From contig CADCIZ010000003.1 of assembly GCA_902801685.1 (NCBI GenBank), forward strand, positions 1 through 61,170: DNA of 61,170 nucleotides, given 5' to 3'. Shown here in pieces: positions 10,671 through 20,166 of this stretch. Source of the stretch: an uncultured Erysipelotrichaceae bacterium. GTDB taxonomy: Bacteria > Bacillota_I > Bacilli_A > RF39 > UBA660. A model generated the notes under the pieces. That model was given only the letters and a program-made list of their open reading frames with translations. It made no database searches and was not told the DNA's origin. Position numbers and translations under genes: made by a program. How positions within the stretch are numbered: position 1 is the stretch's first letter; each line of letters begins with the position of its first letter.

Positions 10671-11345
10671 TTATTTTTTTTCTTTATTTACAAGTTCAAA
10701 TATATATACCGTCTGTTCTGTATCACTATTATGCGTACAAGTTATTAAAGTTAATACCGTCTTATTGGGATCACGTTTAATTTCAACCTGTCCAGTTTTA
10801 GGAACGTTATATACTGTCTTTAATGTATATGTATACTTATAACCATTATATGTAACTATAGCTTTATCATCTATTGATAGTTTATATAGCTTATCAAAAT
10901 AGCATACCCAACAGTTTCCAGAATGAGCAGCAAGAATTAAGTTTCCTCTATCAATATCAGGAAATGTTGAATGTTCTATTACTGTTACATTCCTATTTAC
11001 ATTGTTATAAGGCGATTCAATGTTTAAAAATCCTCTTTTTATATTAACAGCTGGAACTTCAAGAGTACCTATATAACTATAACTTATACTTTTATCTTCT
11101 TCACCAATATTAGCGAGTCTTTCAGGAACATTCTCTTCCACAGTTGTTGGATTAACGGTATCTTCCTTTTCAATAGTCTTAGGAGTTTCATCTTCATAAA
11201 GCAATAAATTCATCGATGAATAAATCTTTTCTTTTTTAGCAACTAAATAATTATAACTAATTAAATAAATGCCAAAAATAAATAACACTAAAGAAAAAAG
11301 AAGAACAGTACTAGTTCTAGGCTTTTTTCTTTTTCTTTGTTTCAT
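10671..11345 (-). CDS. sortase family transpeptidase (atypical)
   Basis: N-terminal TM anchor, LILAAHSG (His), and TLITC catalytic Cys motif. The ATG at 11345 (MKQRKRKK) is preferred. No Arg follows the Cys. Confidence 0.8.
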   Translation of the reverse strand: MKQRKRKKPRTSTVLLFSLVLFIFGIYLISYNYLVAKKEKIYSSMNLLLYEDETPKTIEKEDTVNPTTVEENVPERLANIGEEDKSISYSYIGTLEVPAVNIKRGFLNIESPYNNVNRNVTVIEHSTFPDIDRGNLILAAHSGNCWVCYFDKLYKLSIDDKAIVTYNGYKYTYTLKTVYNVPKTGQVEIKRDPNKTVLTLITCTHNSDTEQTVYIFELVNKEKK

Positions 11346-13236
11346 AGAATAATACACCAGTACCAAGACCTACCAATACTAATCCAGAAATCATCGCAAT
11401 TATATTTTGCATGTTAAATGTATCAGGTACATCAATAATTGTTGCATCCTTCATTACTAATGTATTAGCATCTCTATCTTTTAATTTACCATTTTCAATA
11501 GTAAATGGAATAGATTCTGCAACAGTATATCCTTGAGGAGCAGTAGTCTCCACTAAAATATAATTACCATCTGCAAGTCCAGTAATTTCCTGTGGCTTAT
11601 CAGTTGATACCCAACTCCATCCAGTACTTGTTTCATTTTCATAGAATATTTCTAAGTGTGCTCCTGGAATCTCCTTTGATGAATTTATATCTTGTTTACT
11701 TACTTTAAATGATGAAAGACTGTTCTCAAGAGTTACAGTATTGTTACCTGCTTGAATAACTATTGTTGCAGTCGCTTTTTTCATAACATAAGCATCGCTT
11801 GGAGCTTCTTCTTCTTGAACTGTATATGTCTCACCAACAATTAAATTTTCAACAACCTTTGGTGTTTCGCCACTTTCAAAAACATAACTATCACCAAATT
11901 TTACATACTCAGGTACATATATACCTTCATTATTCTTAACTACTCTATACACTTTTATCTTTGCACCAGCAATGTTGTTTCCAGCCTCATCAACTTTGTT
12001 TATTGTAAGTTGACCAGTTTGTTTAGTATTTACAACTGTAACTTGAGCGCCCGTTGTACAATTATTATCATCAATAGTAAATGTTGTTTCCCTAGTTTGT
12101 ATACTATACCCTTTTGGAGCCGCAACCTCAACCAACTTATAATTTCCCTTTTTCAAATCAGTTATTTCATATGTTCCATTATTAGTTATAGTGAAAGATT
12201 CAAGAGTTTCTGTGCTGTCACCTTCATACAATTCGAATTCTGCTCCATTTAATGCATTTGTTCCATCCGTTTTATTAATTACTGCTTTACACAAACTTTC
12301 CGCATTTGTATATTTTGCAGTAGCTGTACTAGAAAGTGGTTCAGAAGTGGTTCTAATAATATTAGGAACTAATCTTTGATATGATCCACAATCATATTGT
12401 TCAGAAACATTGTATTCATAATTGCTCTTTGCACTAAATTTTACACTAAACTGGTTCCCACTTCCTGCCGCTTGAGCTATGTCAGTAATATCAGCAGAAA
12501 GAACTGTCTTGTCCGTTGTAGAAGAAGTCACATTTAAATCTTTTGTTGTTGAACCTGAGGTTAATTTTTTCTCTGTAAGTTCACACTTTATCTTATTTCC
12601 ATCAGCATCAGTACATATAGCAGTAACAGTTGCAACAGCTGATGTGATACCAGAGCCATTATTAACCACACTTATTTTTGCGTTTGATAATTTTAATTTT
12701 GCATTTCCATAACTATTATATGCAGCACCAGCAGCAGCCATCATTTGTTGATAAGCACTCGCACTTGTAATAGCAGACCAGTTACTCTTACTTACTAAAG
12801 CAGCCATGTTATTATCAGCTTGCCCTCCATTATTCTCATACAAGAATTGATTTATAGCCATCTCTGCATATAAATAATTTGTCCAATTTATTCCATCAAC
12901 ATCAGTTGATAAATCTCTTGCTTTTTTGATAATCGCCGCAATACCTGATGCCAATTTTTTGTTCTTAGTCGCATCAGTTGTCCAATCTGTTAAACTACAC
13001 TTAGTACCAGTTGGTGGTACTTTTCTAGCAAAAGTTGAACATATTGCTTTTCCTGAAAAAGTTCCGCCAGTATATTCTTTTTTATATACCTTTGCATTCC
13101 CAACAGATGTCATCGTCCCCAATTTAGCGGTTATCGTATCTGGAAAATCAGAATGCAGTTTAGTAGCCGCATCTATACTTCCTATTATTCCAAACATAAC
13201 AGCAAATAAAATCAATAAATTTAAAAATTTCTTCAT
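11317..13236 (-). CDS. cell-wall-sorted adhesin with SpaA/CnaB-type (prealbumin-fold) domains
   Basis: Signal peptide (MKKFLNLLILFAVMFGIIGSIDA). Repeated ..K.D....L.GA.F.L/Y......GY motifs. C-terminal sorting signal VPDTF + hydrophobic helix + KKKKKA. Confidence 0.85.
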   Translation of the reverse strand: MKKFLNLLILFAVMFGIIGSIDAATKLHSDFPDTITAKLGTMTSVGNAKVYKKEYTGGTFSGKAICSTFARKVPPTGTKCSLTDWTTDATKNKKLASGIAAIIKKARDLSTDVDGINWTNYLYAEMAINQFLYENNGGQADNNMAALVSKSNWSAITSASAYQQMMAAAGAAYNSYGNAKLKLSNAKISVVNNGSGITSAVATVTAICTDADGNKIKCELTEKKLTSGSTTKDLNVTSSTTDKTVLSADITDIAQAAGSGNQFSVKFSAKSNYEYNVSEQYDCGSYQRLVPNIIRTTSEPLSSTATAKYTNAESLCKAVINKTDGTNALNGAEFELYEGDSTETLESFTITNNGTYEITDLKKGNYKLVEVAAPKGYSIQTRETTFTIDDNNCTTGAQVTVVNTKQTGQLTINKVDEAGNNIAGAKIKVYRVVKNNEGIYVPEYVKFGDSYVFESGETPKVVENLIVGETYTVQEEEAPSDAYVMKKATATIVIQAGNNTVTLENSLSSFKVSKQDINSSKEIPGAHLEIFYENETSTGWSWVSTDKPQEITGLADGNYILVETTAPQGYTVAESIPFTIENGKLKDRDANTLVMKDATIIDVPDTFNMQNIIAMISGLVLVGLGTGVLFYETKKKKKA

Positions 13237-13301
13237 TATCTCTACCTCTCAATCTTAATTAAATTATAGCACACAAAAAAAAAGTTAGCAAGATACTTTT
13301 G

Positions 13302-14540
13302 CTATTTTTTTAAAATATTATTTAGAGCCTTAATTAAGGCAATTTTTCCATAATGATAAGTAAGACCACCTTGTTGGTATGCTACATATGGTTCTTTTAT
13401 TGGCCCATCACAAGATATTTCTATTGAACTACCTTGAATAAAAGAACCTGACGACATAATTATAGAGTCGCTATATCCTGGCATAGCATAAGGAATAGGA
13501 GCAACATTTGAATCAATTGCTGATGCACTTTGTATACCCTGACAATATTTAATAAGTTTATCTTTATCCTTAAATATAATACTTTCTACTATATCAACTC
13601 TTTTTTCATTATACTTAGGTGATACATTATATCCAAGTTCACTTAATACTTTACTTGTTAGTATTGCAGTTTTTAAGGCTGAGGCAACGACACTAGGTGC
13701 CATATATATACCTTGTAGGAATAATTTATTCATATTCATTGATGGACCAACTAATTTCGCTTCTCCAGCTACATTCAATCTTTCACTACATAAATGTATA
13801 AGTTTTTTTTTACCACATATATAACCACCATTAGGGGCAATTCCTCCACCTAAATTTTTAATTAAAGAACCTATTATTATATCTGCTCCGACTTCAAGTG
13901 GAGTCTTCTTTTCTACAAACTCACAATAACAATTATCTACCATTATAATTATATCTTTATTAATTCTTTTAACTAATTCAACTACCTTCTTAATTTTATC
14001 GATACATATACTTCGTCTAAGACTATACCCCCTAGATCTTTGTATATAAACTACTTTAACATTATGCTTATTTAAAAAACTTACTATCTTATCATAAGCA
14101 AAATCACTATCTACTAAATCTATTTGTTTATAATTAATACCAAAAGATTTTAAAGAACTTGCATTTTCTTTAATACCAATTACTTCTTCTAAAGTATCGT
14201 ACGGTTTGCCACTAATAGATAAAATAGTATCATTTGGTCTTAGTATTCCAAATAAAGCTGTAGATATTGCATGAGTACCTGATATAATTTGACTTCTAAC
14301 TAAACTATCTTCTCCACCTAATATATTACTAAATATATCTTCTATTTTATCTCTACCAGCATCATCATAACCATAACCAGTAGTACCATTAAAGTCTGAT
14401 TCTGATACCTTATATTTATTAAAAGCATTTAAAACTTTTAAACTATTATATTCACATAGTCTATCTACTTTATCAAATTCTTTACTTAGTTCTTTCTCAC
14501 ACTTTCTTACTAATTCAACAACTTCCATTAGTTCCTCCAT
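13302..14540 (-). CDS. YnbB / aluminium-resistance family PLP enzyme (Met_gamma_lyase-like)
   Basis: N-terminal pattern ...E.L...F..VD.....N..KVL.AF......ES.F.G.TGYGYDD.GRD..E..F is typical of this family. Confidence 0.8.
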   Translation of the reverse strand: MEELMEVVELVRKCEKELSKEFDKVDRLCEYNSLKVLNAFNKYKVSESDFNGTTGYGYDDAGRDKIEDIFSNILGGEDSLVRSQIISGTHAISTALFGILRPNDTILSISGKPYDTLEEVIGIKENASSLKSFGINYKQIDLVDSDFAYDKIVSFLNKHNVKVVYIQRSRGYSLRRSICIDKIKKVVELVKRINKDIIIMVDNCYCEFVEKKTPLEVGADIIIGSLIKNLGGGIAPNGGYICGKKKLIHLCSERLNVAGEAKLVGPSMNMNKLFLQGIYMAPSVVASALKTAILTSKVLSELGYNVSPKYNEKRVDIVESIIFKDKDKLIKYCQGIQSASAIDSNVAPIPYAMPGYSDSIIMSSGSFIQGSSIEISCDGPIKEPYVAYQQGGLTYHYGKIALIKALNNILKK

Positions 14541-15243
14541 CTACTCTAATAATACTATTATTTATATAACTTGCATATTCACTAGCAAGAAAATATATGA
14601 CATTGGCAATTTCTTTAGGTTCTGCAAATCTACCTAATAGTATGTTCTTACATTCATCATTAATATAATCATCATCTAACTGTTTATTCATATCAGTATT
14701 AACCCAACCAGGACATATTGCATTAACTCTAATATTAGGGCTTAACTCTGTTGCTAAATTATGAGTTAAAGATATAACGCCAGCCTTTGATGCATCATAA
14801 TCAAGACTATATGGATAATACTGATTAAGTGCATTAGTAGATGAAATATTTATTATGCTTCCATTTTTCATATGTTTAATTACATATTTACTAACCAAAT
14901 AAGTTCCAATTAAGTTTACATCAAGAACTCTTTTAAAATCATCAACATTTTTTTCAAAAGGCAGAGTATCATTAGCAATACCAGCATTGTTAACTAAGAC
15001 GTCTATTGAACCAAACTGATTAACTATATCATCAACCATATTTTTTACTTCTTCTTCATTAGATATATCACACTTACATAGTAAACATTTAACACCATAT
15101 TTATCCACATTTTCCTTAACTTTATTCGCTCTATCAGTATCACTATAGTAATTAATAACAACATCATAACCATTCTTAGCAAATTTTAGTGCAGTAGCCT
15201 CTCCTATCCCTTTAGATGCACCTGTAACTAATACAACCATCAA
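14515..15243 (-). CDS. short-chain dehydrogenase/reductase (FabG-like)
   Basis: VLVTGASKGIG cofactor motif, NNAG, and catalytic S...Y..SK (YDASKAG). Confidence 0.85.
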   Translation of the reverse strand: MMVVLVTGASKGIGEATALKFAKNGYDVVINYYSDTDRANKVKENVDKYGVKCLLCKCDISNEEEVKNMVDDIVNQFGSIDVLVNNAGIANDTLPFEKNVDDFKRVLDVNLIGTYLVSKYVIKHMKNGSIINISSTNALNQYYPYSLDYDASKAGVISLTHNLATELSPNIRVNAICPGWVNTDMNKQLDDDYINDECKNILLGRFAEPKEIANVIYFLASEYASYINNSIIRVDGGTNGSC

Positions 15244-15308
15244 ATCACCTTTTTTCTATAAATATTTTATCACATTCTATCAGAAAAATAAATCATTTTT
15301 GTAATTTC

Positions 15309-15349
15309 TTAGCACTCACACTTGACAAGTGCTAGGATTTGAGTATAAT
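15309..15349 (+). promoter_or_regulatory. sigmaA-type promoter overlapped by a CIRCE-like inverted repeat (HrcA operator)
   Basis: TTAGCACTC-N9-AAGTGCTAG at 15309..15335, against the consensus TTAGCACTC-N9-GAGTGCTAA. TTGACA (15322..15327), 16-nt spacer, TATAAT (15344..15349). Confidence 0.7.
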
Positions 15350-15371
15350 GGTATATAAGGAGGGGATAATT

Positions 15372-17492
15372 ATGAATATGAATAATCCTTATGAACAAAA
15401 TTTAGAAAACGCTTTAGAGAAGTATGGAAGGGATATAGTTAAAGCTGTTAAAGATAATAAAACTGATCCTGTTATTGGTAGAGACGAAGAAATTAGAAAT
15501 GTTACTAGAATTCTTTCTCGTAAGACTAAAAACAATCCAGTATTAATTGGAGAACCTGGCGTTGGTAAGACCGCTATTATTGAAGGCCTCGCCCAAAGAA
15601 TAGTCAAAGGGGATGTTCCTAATAGTTTAAAGAATAAAACTATCTGGGAACTTGATTTAGGAGCATTAATTGCTGGTGCGAAATTTCGTGGTGAATTTGA
15701 AGAAAGATTAAAAGCTGTACTTAAGGAGATTAAAGAATCTAATGGTGAGATCATTCTTTTTATTGATGAGATACATATGATAGTAGGAGCAGGGGCAGAA
15801 GGAGCTATGGATGCTGGAAACTTACTTAAGCCAATGCTTGCTAGAGGGGAAATACTATGTATTGGAGCCACCACTTTAAATGAATATCGTAAGTATATTG
15901 AAAAAGATGGTGCTTTAGAGAGAAGATTTCAAAAGGTACTTGTTAAAGAACCTACGGTAATGGATACAATTACTATACTTAGAGGATTAAAATCTAGATT
16001 TGAAGTATATCATAAAGTAAGTATTAAAGATAAAGCATTAGTAGCTGCTGCAACTTTATCAAATAGATATATAACTGATAGGTTCTTACCTGATAAAGCA
16101 ATAGATTTAGTAGATGAAGCATGTGCGACTATTAAAGTCCAAATGGAATCTGTTCCAACGGAAATAGATACATTAACAAGAGAGATTATGCAATTAGAAA
16201 TTGAAAAAGAAGCTTTAAAGAAAGAAAAAGACGATATTTCTAAAGCTAGAATTAACGATATCAACAATAAACTTGATGAACTAAAGACTAAAGAGGCTAA
16301 TCTTAAAGCTGATTGGCAAGAAGAAAAAGAGATTAATACGTTAATTAATAAAAAGAAAGAAGAAATAGAAAGAGCAACTATTGAATTAGAGAAAGCGGAA
16401 GATGAATATGAACTTGAGAAAGCTGCAATCTTACGTCATGGTACACTTCCTAAATTAAATAAAGAATTAGATGAGTTAAAGCAAAGAAGTAAGAATAAAA
16501 TACTTAGTGATTCCGTAGATGATGAAGATATCGCAAAAATAATTTCTAAATGGACTAACATTCCAATTAGTAAATTAGTTGGGGGAGAAAAAGAAAAACT
16601 TATTAATTTAGAGAAGAACTTAGGTAGAAGAGTTAAAGGGCAAGATAATGCATTACATATTGTAAGTGAAGCCATCATTAGATCTCGTGCAGGAATAAAA
16701 GATCCGAATAGACCAATTGGTTCATTTATCTTTTTAGGTCCTACAGGTGTTGGTAAAACTGAGGTTGCTAAATCTCTTGCTGAAGAATTATTTGACGATG
16801 AAAGACATATGGTAAGAATTGATATGAGTGAGTATATGGAATCTCATTCAGTTGCACGACTAATTGGAGCTCCTCCAGGTTATGTTGGATATGATGAAGG
16901 TGGACAATTAACTGAGGCTGTTAGAAGAAATCCATATAGTATAATTCTTTTTGATGAGATTGAAAAGGCTCATAAAGATATTTTCAATGTTTTACTGCAA
17001 ATACTTGATGATGGAAGAATTACTGATTCACAAGGAAGAACGGTCGATTTTAAAAATACAATTATCATTATGACATCTAATATTGGTAGTGAATATATTC
17101 TTGATAATAATGAAAACTCTAAAAAACTTATTGAACAAGAATTACATTCAACCTTTAAACCAGAATTCTTAAATAGAATTGATGAGATTATTACATTTAA
17201 TCCACTTAATAAAGATATTCTATATAAGATACTTGATAATCAAATATTAGATATAAATAAAAGGTTAATAAATAAACATATTATTATTGAACTTACTGAT
17301 AATTGTAAGAATTCAATTATAGATAATGCATATAATCCAGTATATGGAGCTAGACCTCTTAAAAGATATTTAAGCAAAAATATAGAATCTTTGATTGCTA
17401 ATGCTATTATATCTGATACATTAAAACCTAACTCTAAAATATTAATAAATATTGTTAATAATGAATATGTAATAAAAGACTATGATAAATAA
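15372..17492 (+). CDS. clpB: ClpB disaggregase lacking the N-terminal domain
   Basis: Two AAA+ modules ([18 protein letters not shown]), a coiled-coil M-domain, and [11 protein letters not shown] from residue ~30. The ATG at 15372 with GGAGGGG RBS is preferred. 706 aa. Confidence 0.92.
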   Translation: MNMNNPYEQNLENALEKYGRDIVKAVKDNKTDPVIGRDEEIRNVTRILSRKTKNNPVLIGEPGVGKTAIIEGLAQRIVKGDVPNSLKNKTIWELDLGALIAGAKFRGEFEERLKAVLKEIKESNGEIILFIDEIHMIVGAGAEGAMDAGNLLKPMLARGEILCIGATTLNEYRKYIEKDGALERRFQKVLVKEPTVMDTITILRGLKSRFEVYHKVSIKDKALVAAATLSNRYITDRFLPDKAIDLVDEACATIKVQMESVPTEIDTLTREIMQLEIEKEALKKEKDDISKARINDINNKLDELKTKEANLKADWQEEKEINTLINKKKEEIERATIELEKAEDEYELEKAAILRHGTLPKLNKELDELKQRSKNKILSDSVDDEDIAKIISKWTNIPISKLVGGEKEKLINLEKNLGRRVKGQDNALHIVSEAIIRSRAGIKDPNRPIGSFIFLGPTGVGKTEVAKSLAEELFDDERHMVRIDMSEYMESHSVARLIGAPPGYVGYDEGGQLTEAVRRNPYSIILFDEIEKAHKDIFNVLLQILDDGRITDSQGRTVDFKNTIIIMTSNIGSEYILDNNENSKKLIEQELHSTFKPEFLNRIDEIITFNPLNKDILYKILDNQILDINKRLINKHIIIELTDNCKNSIIDNAYNPVYGARPLKRYLSKNIESLIANAIISDTLKPNSKILINIVNNEYVIKDYDK

Positions 17493-17513
17493 TTTTTATC
17501 ATAGTCTTTTTTT
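17478..17513 (+). terminator. rho-independent terminator of clpB (possibly bidirectional)
   Basis: Perfect 12-bp stem GACTATGATAAA / TTTATCATAGTC overlapping the stop codon, followed by T7. Confidence 0.8.
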
Positions 17514-17524
17514 AATATTTGTAA

Positions 17525-18727
17525 TTAAAATATAACAGTGAGCGGATATGACTTGTTCTTTTCATCAAGTGGTAATTCATCGGGATAAAAACATAAGATA
17601 CCACCGTTACCTACATTTAATTTAGTTTTATCTAATATTTTAAAATTACTTATCATATTCTTTGTAGGATTAGCAGTCTTCTTTATCTCAAATGGATAAA
17701 TAGTATTATTCATTTCTATTATTAAATCTATTTCTTTACCATCTTTATCACGATAAAAATACATATTATAATTAATATCTTCGCTACTATTTCTTTTGTT
17801 TTTTATAAGTTCACTGATAATAAAATTTTCTAAGAAATGTCCTGACTGTGATGAATACATTAAATTTTCATGACTACTCCATCCACACAGATAAGAACAT
17901 AAACCAGTATCTAAAAATACAATTTTAGGTGTCTTTATTGCTCTTTTTAATTCAGTAGAAAAATATGGTTGTAATAAGTAAATGATATCACTAGCCTCTA
18001 ATATAGATATCCATTTTTTTACCGTTTTTTCATCGATGTCCGCATCTTCTGCAATTGATTTATAATTTAATATCTCTCCACATCTTGCAGCAACCGCTAT
18101 CATAAACTTTCTAAAACTTATTAAATCTCCGACTTGCGCTAAATTTCTAACATCTCTTTCTAAATATGTAAGTAGATAATCATTGAAAAATTGATTTCGA
18201 TTTAATTTATCACTTATATATTCTGGCATACCACCCTCGAAAATGTTTTTAAAAATTTCATCTTCAGATAAAGTAAAATTATATTTAACTTTTTGTGGTA
18301 AAAAAAGTTTTGATTTGAAACCTTTCTTTTCTGCATAGCTTAACGATGACATTTCTACTATCGATATTCTCCCAGCCAAGGTTTCTGATACATTTTTCAT
18401 TAATTCAAATCTTTGTGAACCTGTTAACCAATACTTTCCTTTTTCAGCATTTTCATCTACATCCATTTTGATATAAGAAAATAAATTTGGCGCATATTGT
18501 ACTTCATCAATAACAATTGGTCCATTATAGTTCATCAAAAATAATTTAGGATCATTTTGTGCCAAATCTCTAATCCTTAAATCATCTAAAGTTATGTATT
18601 TTCTATTTTCTTCTTTAACACTCTTTATAAAAGTAGATTTTCCGACTTGCCTTGCCCCTGTAATGAGAATAACTTTTCTACTATTAGCTATATTTTTAAA
18701 TTTTTTTTCAATTTCCCTTTTAATCAT
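17525..18727 (-). CDS. AAA-family ATPase (AAA_14 + DUF4143 architecture)
   Basis: Walker A ITGARQVGKST, Walker B IVIDEVQ, and a C-terminal region typical of DUF4143 proteins. Confidence 0.75.
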   Translation of the reverse strand: MIKREIEKKFKNIANSRKVILITGARQVGKSTFIKSVKEENRKYITLDDLRIRDLAQNDPKLFLMNYNGPIVIDEVQYAPNLFSYIKMDVDENAEKGKYWLTGSQRFELMKNVSETLAGRISIVEMSSLSYAEKKGFKSKLFLPQKVKYNFTLSEDEIFKNIFEGGMPEYISDKLNRNQFFNDYLLTYLERDVRNLAQVGDLISFRKFMIAVAARCGEILNYKSIAEDADIDEKTVKKWISILEASDIIYLLQPYFSTELKRAIKTPKIVFLDTGLCSYLCGWSSHENLMYSSQSGHFLENFIISELIKNKRNSSEDINYNMYFYRDKDGKEIDLIIEMNNTIYPFEIKKTANPTKNMISNFKILDKTKLNVGNGGILCFYPDELPLDEKNKSYPLTVIF

Positions 18728-18811
18728 GAATAAGCACCTCTTGCTAGTATTATACTACTTTTCAAGTAAATGTCAATGACTATTCCGGACCGTTTTCCAT
18801 TTTTGCCGTAT

Positions 18812-20116
18812 TTATCTTACAACAACTGCCATCGAACCTACCGAACTATATAAATTACTTATTTTATTTTTAGATAGTGTAAACTGATATTGTCCAGATG
18901 TTCTGGTCCATGGATCTTGAATAATAAAATCTCCAGTTAGTTTATTATAACCAATAACAAGTTGGACGTGTATGTTTTTAGGTGCTCCATTAGACAAATT
19001 ATATGGATTATTATAAGCATATGTTAAATAGATAATAACTGGATTTCCATTAATAATCTCATTAGCAATATCATCAATACTAGAGCCCGATATATTTACT
19101 ATATTACTATATCCTGATGATGAAATACCATATTCAACCAAAGGATTAGGTGCGATCCAGTGAGCAACATCAAGGGGTTCTTTACCAAATATGTCAAGAT
19201 AAAAACCAATGTTTGGATCATCACTCTTAGGCATATTAGTAGCATACGTACGTAAATCCATACTTCCTAAATAGCCTTTATATTGCAGAGCCATAAGCAT
19301 AGATGAAGCCTCGCACCCATTTAATACTCCGTTTTTATTTTGACTAATATATGGTACATTTAATTTAACCCATGACTCATTAATCGCTCTTCTTCTTTCC
19401 TCAGCTTCTCGCGCAATTCTTTCTCTTTCTAATCTTTGTTGCTCTCGTATTTTTGCTTCTTTTTCTTCAACATACTTAAGAACGATATTCATCTTTTCAT
19501 TTAAATTATTCTTTATATCTTCCTCTTTTAAAGAATTAACCATCTCTTTAGCTGAATCATAACTATCTCTATCAATATCATCATTAACTAAATCATTATC
19601 ATAATCACTAAATAAGTTATGAACATTGCTTTGTGCATTCTTAATATTGTTATACTCACTAGTTAATTCATCAATATTACTTTGAATAATACTTTTATAT
19701 TTTTCATCTAATTTCTTATTATCCTTACTTATAGTATCAATTTGTTCAAGAGATATACTAGATATAACAACACCATTCTGATAATAATTATTGACTTTAT
19801 CTTTAATATTAATATATTCTTTTGCACTATATACATCATTCTTAATACTAATCACACTATCTTTATCATATACTAACTTTGTTTTATCTAAACATTCATC
19901 TAAGTTCTCTATAGTAACAGTATCCTTTGCAATTCCATTTTCAAAGAGTGAAGAACAATAACTAACCGCACTTTCATATATTTCTTTTCTTTTTTGAGCT
20001 AGTTTTATTTTATCATCTTCCATTTTCTTATATATCATATAAATCAATAAAATTAAAATTGATATGACTAATAAAATTGTAATTATTATAATCAACCATT
20101 TTCTATTTTTTATCAT
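18812..20116 (-). CDS. membrane-anchored peptidase C39-like (Peptidase_C39_2/BtrH-like) protein
   Basis: N-terminal TM helix, a coiled-coil region (EQQRLERERIAREAEERRR), then VPYISQN...NGCEASS (Cys) and H.QLVIGY (His). Confidence 0.7.
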   Translation of the reverse strand: MIKNRKWLIIIITILLVISILILLIYMIYKKMEDDKIKLAQKRKEIYESAVSYCSSLFENGIAKDTVTIENLDECLDKTKLVYDKDSVISIKNDVYSAKEYINIKDKVNNYYQNGVVISSISLEQIDTISKDNKKLDEKYKSIIQSNIDELTSEYNNIKNAQSNVHNLFSDYDNDLVNDDIDRDSYDSAKEMVNSLKEEDIKNNLNEKMNIVLKYVEEKEAKIREQQRLERERIAREAEERRRAINESWVKLNVPYISQNKNGVLNGCEASSMLMALQYKGYLGSMDLRTYATNMPKSDDPNIGFYLDIFGKEPLDVAHWIAPNPLVEYGISSSGYSNIVNISGSSIDDIANEIINGNPVIIYLTYAYNNPYNLSNGAPKNIHVQLVIGYNKLTGDFIIQDPWTRTSGQYQFTLSKNKISNLYSSVGSMAVVVR

Positions 20117-20166
20117 ATACTACTCCTACTATATAAAAGTATACTATAAATACAGAAAAAAAGGAA

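Noticed and set aside
15300-15371. Looked for a CtsR operator (tandem GGTCAAA heptads) upstream of clpB.
   Set aside because: Only a single TTGAC (the -35 box) is present, with no tandem heptad. The inverted repeat matches CIRCE much better.
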